Notes under the pieces: model-generated
What the model was told of the DNA's origin: nothing
The model's database searches: none
Seen by the model: only the letters and a program-made list of their open reading frames with translations
In this document: in pieces, positions 44,771 through 47,346 of the stretch
Layout of the letters: every line of letters begins with the position of its first letter
How positions within the stretch are numbered: the stretch's first letter is position 1
From: Campylobacteraceae bacterium
Lineage (GTDB): Bacteria; Campylobacterota; Campylobacteria; Campylobacterales; Campylobacteraceae
Direction of reading: 5' to 3'
Assembly: GCA_031259875.1 (NCBI GenBank)
Contig: JAIRKW010000118.1
Location: 1 to 47,346, forward strand
Length of the DNA stretch: 47,346 nt
Made by a program: the position numbers and the translations under genes

Positions 44771-45076
44771 TTATGTTCCAAATTCAGCCTCAGCGATATC
44801 TATATGCGTTTGCAAACTATCAGCCATACTTGTAAGATGCCGATAACTGTTGCTTAAAATGTCGAATTCTCCCACTTTGACCAATAATTTACTACTATCG
44901 GGAAGTTTTCCTTTATCTCTTGCAAGCTTGATTTTCATGCGGCAATTTTGACTCTTTAAAAGTCTATTTTCTACCTCCAAACGCTTCCTGTCTGCCATTT
45001 TTTGTGTCTTTTCAAATTCTCTTTTGTAAAACATTATCTTTTCATAAAGTGCTGATACGGCATCATACTTTTGCAT
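44771..45076 (-). CDS. hypothetical coiled-coil protein (or 3' fragment of a decayed gene)
   Basis: 101 aa, Lys/Glu/Arg-rich helical sequence with no motif. Its ATG is in frame with the ORF upstream, separated by a single TAG. Confidence 0.4.
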   Translation of the reverse strand: MQKYDAVSALYEKIMFYKREFEKTQKMADRKRLEVENRLLKSQNCRMKIKLARDKGKLPDSSKLLVKVGEFDILSNSYRHLTSMADSLQTHIDIAEAEFGT

Positions 45077-45160
45077 ATCAAAAATCGGTTTTAATGTTAT
45101 AGTATTTTCGCACCACCTGCAATATCTATCTCTACCATATCTGTTGCTGTAAGTCCGTTT

Positions 45161-45382
45161 CTAGAACCAAATTTTATAATTTGTTTCTATGATACCGTTT
45201 TCCATAAAATCAACATTAACGATATTGGCGCATATCTTACCGCCTTTAAGGTATTTTACTTTTACATCGCCGCTTTTAATAATACCGTGATGAGTATATA
45301 TATCAGCATATTCGGCGTTTATGCAAGACGTTTTATGAGTTGTTTTTTTTAATCTCAATCTGGAGTACTTGTACGCTTTCAC
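45161..45382 (-). CDS. hypothetical ORF fragment
   Basis: 73 codons opened by GTG without an SD. An A8 run at its 5' end joins it to another upstream frame. Confidence 0.25.
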   Translation of the reverse strand: MKAYKYSRLRLKKTTHKTSCINAEYADIYTHHGIIKSGDVKVKYLKGGKICANIVNVDFMENGIIETNYKIWF

Positions 45383-45611
45383 CGCTTTTTAAATGTGCTG
45401 CTGTAAGATAGTTTTTGCCATCCTTGCCAAAACTCTTCTTGCTGCTGAAATTAATAATATTAAAAAATTTCGAAAGTTACTCTATTAATTTATATACATA
45501 AAAAATATATAATATTACATCGTTTTTCATTAATCACAATTAAATATGCTTGCTTTAACCTACTTTTGATATACTAACAACTTAATTTTGAGTTTCAATG
45601 TAAGTTAAAAT

Positions 45612-47018
45612 ATGATTATAAAAAACTTTTTTACCAATAGCGGAGGCATTCTTGTATCGCGTTTATTTGGTTTCGTCCGCGACCTTTTAACAGCCAATAT
45701 TTTAGGCGCGAACATCTACAGCGATATGTTTATGGTAGCATTTAAACTGCCCAATCTTTTCCGCCGCATTTTCGCCGAAGGTGCGTTTACACAAGCTTTT
45801 CTGCCGGCTTTTACAAAATCACATTCAAAAGGTATTTTTGCTATTAGTGTATTTGTAAGATTTTTTATATTTATACTTTTTTTAACACTCCTTGTTGTGT
45901 TATTCAGCCCGGCAATAACTAAAATTTTTGCTTACGGTTTTGATGATGAAGCGATATCAAATACCGCTCCATTGGTCAGTATAAACTTTTTTTATCTTAT
46001 ATTAATCTACATAGTAACATTTATAGCCTCTCTTCTGCAATACCGCGGACGATTTGCGGTAACAGCATTTTCTACCTCGCTTTTAAATATTTCAATGATA
46101 ACAGCTCTGCTCTTAAGTGACCGTACGGCGCCGCAAAATACAGTATATTATTTGAGTTTTGGCGTTGTTATAGGCGGTATCTTACAGCTTTTAGTTCATA
46201 TATATGCTCTATCTAAAACAAGGCTTCTTTCACTTCTGTTTAACGCTGTAAAATATAGAAAAAAGCATAAGCAAAATGAGAGTGAACGCAAAGGATTTTA
46301 TAAAAACTTTTTTCATTCGGTATTGGGCGGCAGCACGGTACAACTGTCGGCTTTTGTGGATACTTGGCTGGCGAGTTTTTTGGCCGCAGGAAGTATTAGC
46401 TATCTTTTTTACGCCAATAGAATATTTCAACTTCCATTAGCGCTTTTTGCCATTGCGCTTTCTGTCGGTATATTTCCGCGCATCTCCATTCTTATCAAAA
46501 GAGAAGAGAAAGATGAAGCTATTAAGCTGCTCTCAAACGGTTTTTGGATACTGGCGTTTTTACTCTGCGGTTCAGCGCTGGGCGGCATTATACTGTCAAA
46601 ACCGATTATCAAACTACTATTTGAAAGAGGTCAATTTAACGCACAAGATACTGTTATATGCGCACAAGTTTTATCTATGTATCTTGCAGGACTTATTCCA
46701 TTTGGATTGTCGCGTATTTTCTCATTGTGGTTATTTGCACATCAAAGACAAAAAGAGGCAGCGGCTATTTCAATAACAGCTCTTGGCGGAGGCATAATAT
46801 TTTCATTTATACTTGTCTATCCTATGGGGGTAATGGGATTAGCTTTAGCAAACTCTATCGGTGGACTTTTTTTGTTTATCTTAACGGTCAAATCATTTGG
46901 AATAAAAACGTTTTTTGGTATAATCAAATCCTTAAAATCAGTTATGCTTATAGCTGCACTGATTGTTGAAGCTATTGTACTTATCTTTTTGATGGAAATT
47001 TTCAATGCATATTTATGA
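45612..47018 (+). CDS. murJ: lipid II flippase MurJ
   Basis: N-terminal [18 protein letters not shown] and [16 protein letters not shown] motifs, about 14 TM segments. A TGATATACT extended -10 lies at 45567-45575. Confidence 0.85.
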   Translation: MIIKNFFTNSGGILVSRLFGFVRDLLTANILGANIYSDMFMVAFKLPNLFRRIFAEGAFTQAFLPAFTKSHSKGIFAISVFVRFFIFILFLTLLVVLFSPAITKIFAYGFDDEAISNTAPLVSINFFYLILIYIVTFIASLLQYRGRFAVTAFSTSLLNISMITALLLSDRTAPQNTVYYLSFGVVIGGILQLLVHIYALSKTRLLSLLFNAVKYRKKHKQNESERKGFYKNFFHSVLGGSTVQLSAFVDTWLASFLAAGSISYLFYANRIFQLPLALFAIALSVGIFPRISILIKREEKDEAIKLLSNGFWILAFLLCGSALGGIILSKPIIKLLFERGQFNAQDTVICAQVLSMYLAGLIPFGLSRIFSLWLFAHQRQKEAAAISITALGGGIIFSFILVYPMGVMGLALANSIGGLFLFILTVKSFGIKTFFGIIKSLKSVMLIAALIVEAIVLIFLMEIFNAYL

Positions 47019-47346
47019 TTCAGCAAAAAAAGCAAAATTGGCATTTGAGCCTATAAAAAAAGGTGAAGCGTTAATATATGTCTGCGGACCTACAGTGTAT
47101 GATGATGCGCATTTGGGGCATGCAAGAAGCGCTTTGGCATTTGATTTGCTCAGACGCGTACTGACGCATTTGGAATATAAAGTAACTTTTGCAAAAAATT
47201 TTACCGACATTGACGATAAAATCATAAAAAAGATGAATGAGAGCGGCAAAAGCATGGAGGAGATAACATCTTTTTATACCAAAAGATACAAAGATGATAT
47301 GAGAGCTTTAGGCGTGCAAGACGCCGATATAGAGCCAAAAGCGACT
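47005..47346 (+). CDS. cysS: cysteinyl-tRNA synthetase, 5' part (runs off the window)
   Basis: My translation from ATG 47005: [51 protein letters not shown], with the HIGH-type HLGH motif. Open to the window end. Overlaps murJ by 14 nt. Confidence 0.85.
   Translation, partial: MHIYDSAKKAKLAFEPIKKGEALIYVCGPTVYDDAHLGHARSALAFDLLRRVLTHLEYKVTFAKNFTDIDDKIIKKMNESGKSMEEITSFYTKRYKDDMRALGVQDADIEPKAT

Noticed and set aside
1-47346. CRISPR arrays, IS elements, integrases, prophage or known defence-system genes
   Set aside because: I scanned both strands and the ORF list. I found no spaced direct-repeat array, no transposase, recombinase or phage-like proteins, and no nuclease/helicase/STAND-type ORFs outside housekeeping roles.

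Overview
AT-rich chromosomal window that reads as core genome of a Campylobacter-like member of the Campylobacterota. Local synteny matches C. jejuni loci as I remember them: rodA-rluD-flpA-trmB-ftsE, ruvA-ddl-x-hydrolase-murF, murJ-cysS, and the cts transformation genes. I support about 50 protein genes and one tRNA(CAU). Coding density is very high, with many 4-nt start/stop overlaps. I saw no rRNA, CRISPR array, transposase, integrase or recognisable defence gene. Blocks are as follows. 1-2250 holds degraded small ORFs, a DUF945/YdgA-like gene and the tRNA. 2262-9396 holds rodA, rluD, an FlpA-like FN3 lipoprotein, trmB, ftsE/ftsX-like genes and an EnvC-like gene. 9393-10702 holds an SPFH-NfeD pair. 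11053-21543 is a 13-gene minus-strand array: nadK, recN, tatD, an MltD-like gene, rlpA, hisB, kdsC, lptC, lptA, engB, a GNAT gene, an MreD-like gene and mrdA. 22499-26925 holds argG, rplI, hslVU and era. 26984-35788 is a nine-gene type IV pilus-like operon. 35966-40073 holds pta, ackA and a radical-SAM gene. 40492-44592 holds murF, a hydrolase, a Phd-like gene, ddl and ruvA. 45612 to the end holds murJ and the cysS 5' part. The most system-like and least characterised element is the pilus-like operon. Its gene order is that of the Vibrio MSHA biogenesis operon (mshI-J-K-L-M-N-E-G). It extends the known Campylobacter cts set (ctsR-D-P-X-E-F) by a PilM-PilN fusion and a PilO-like gene, and no pilin or prepilin peptidase gene is nearby. 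That makes it a relative of known machines, not a demonstrably new system. Other items worth a second look are a MurF whose N-terminal domain is replaced by a polytopic membrane domain, a Phd/YefM-like gene plus hydrolase wedged between ddl and murF with a palindromic operator-like site, a decayed or phase-variable locus between ruvA and murJ, and several unexplained hairpins. I cannot show a truly unprecedented system from the sequence alone.
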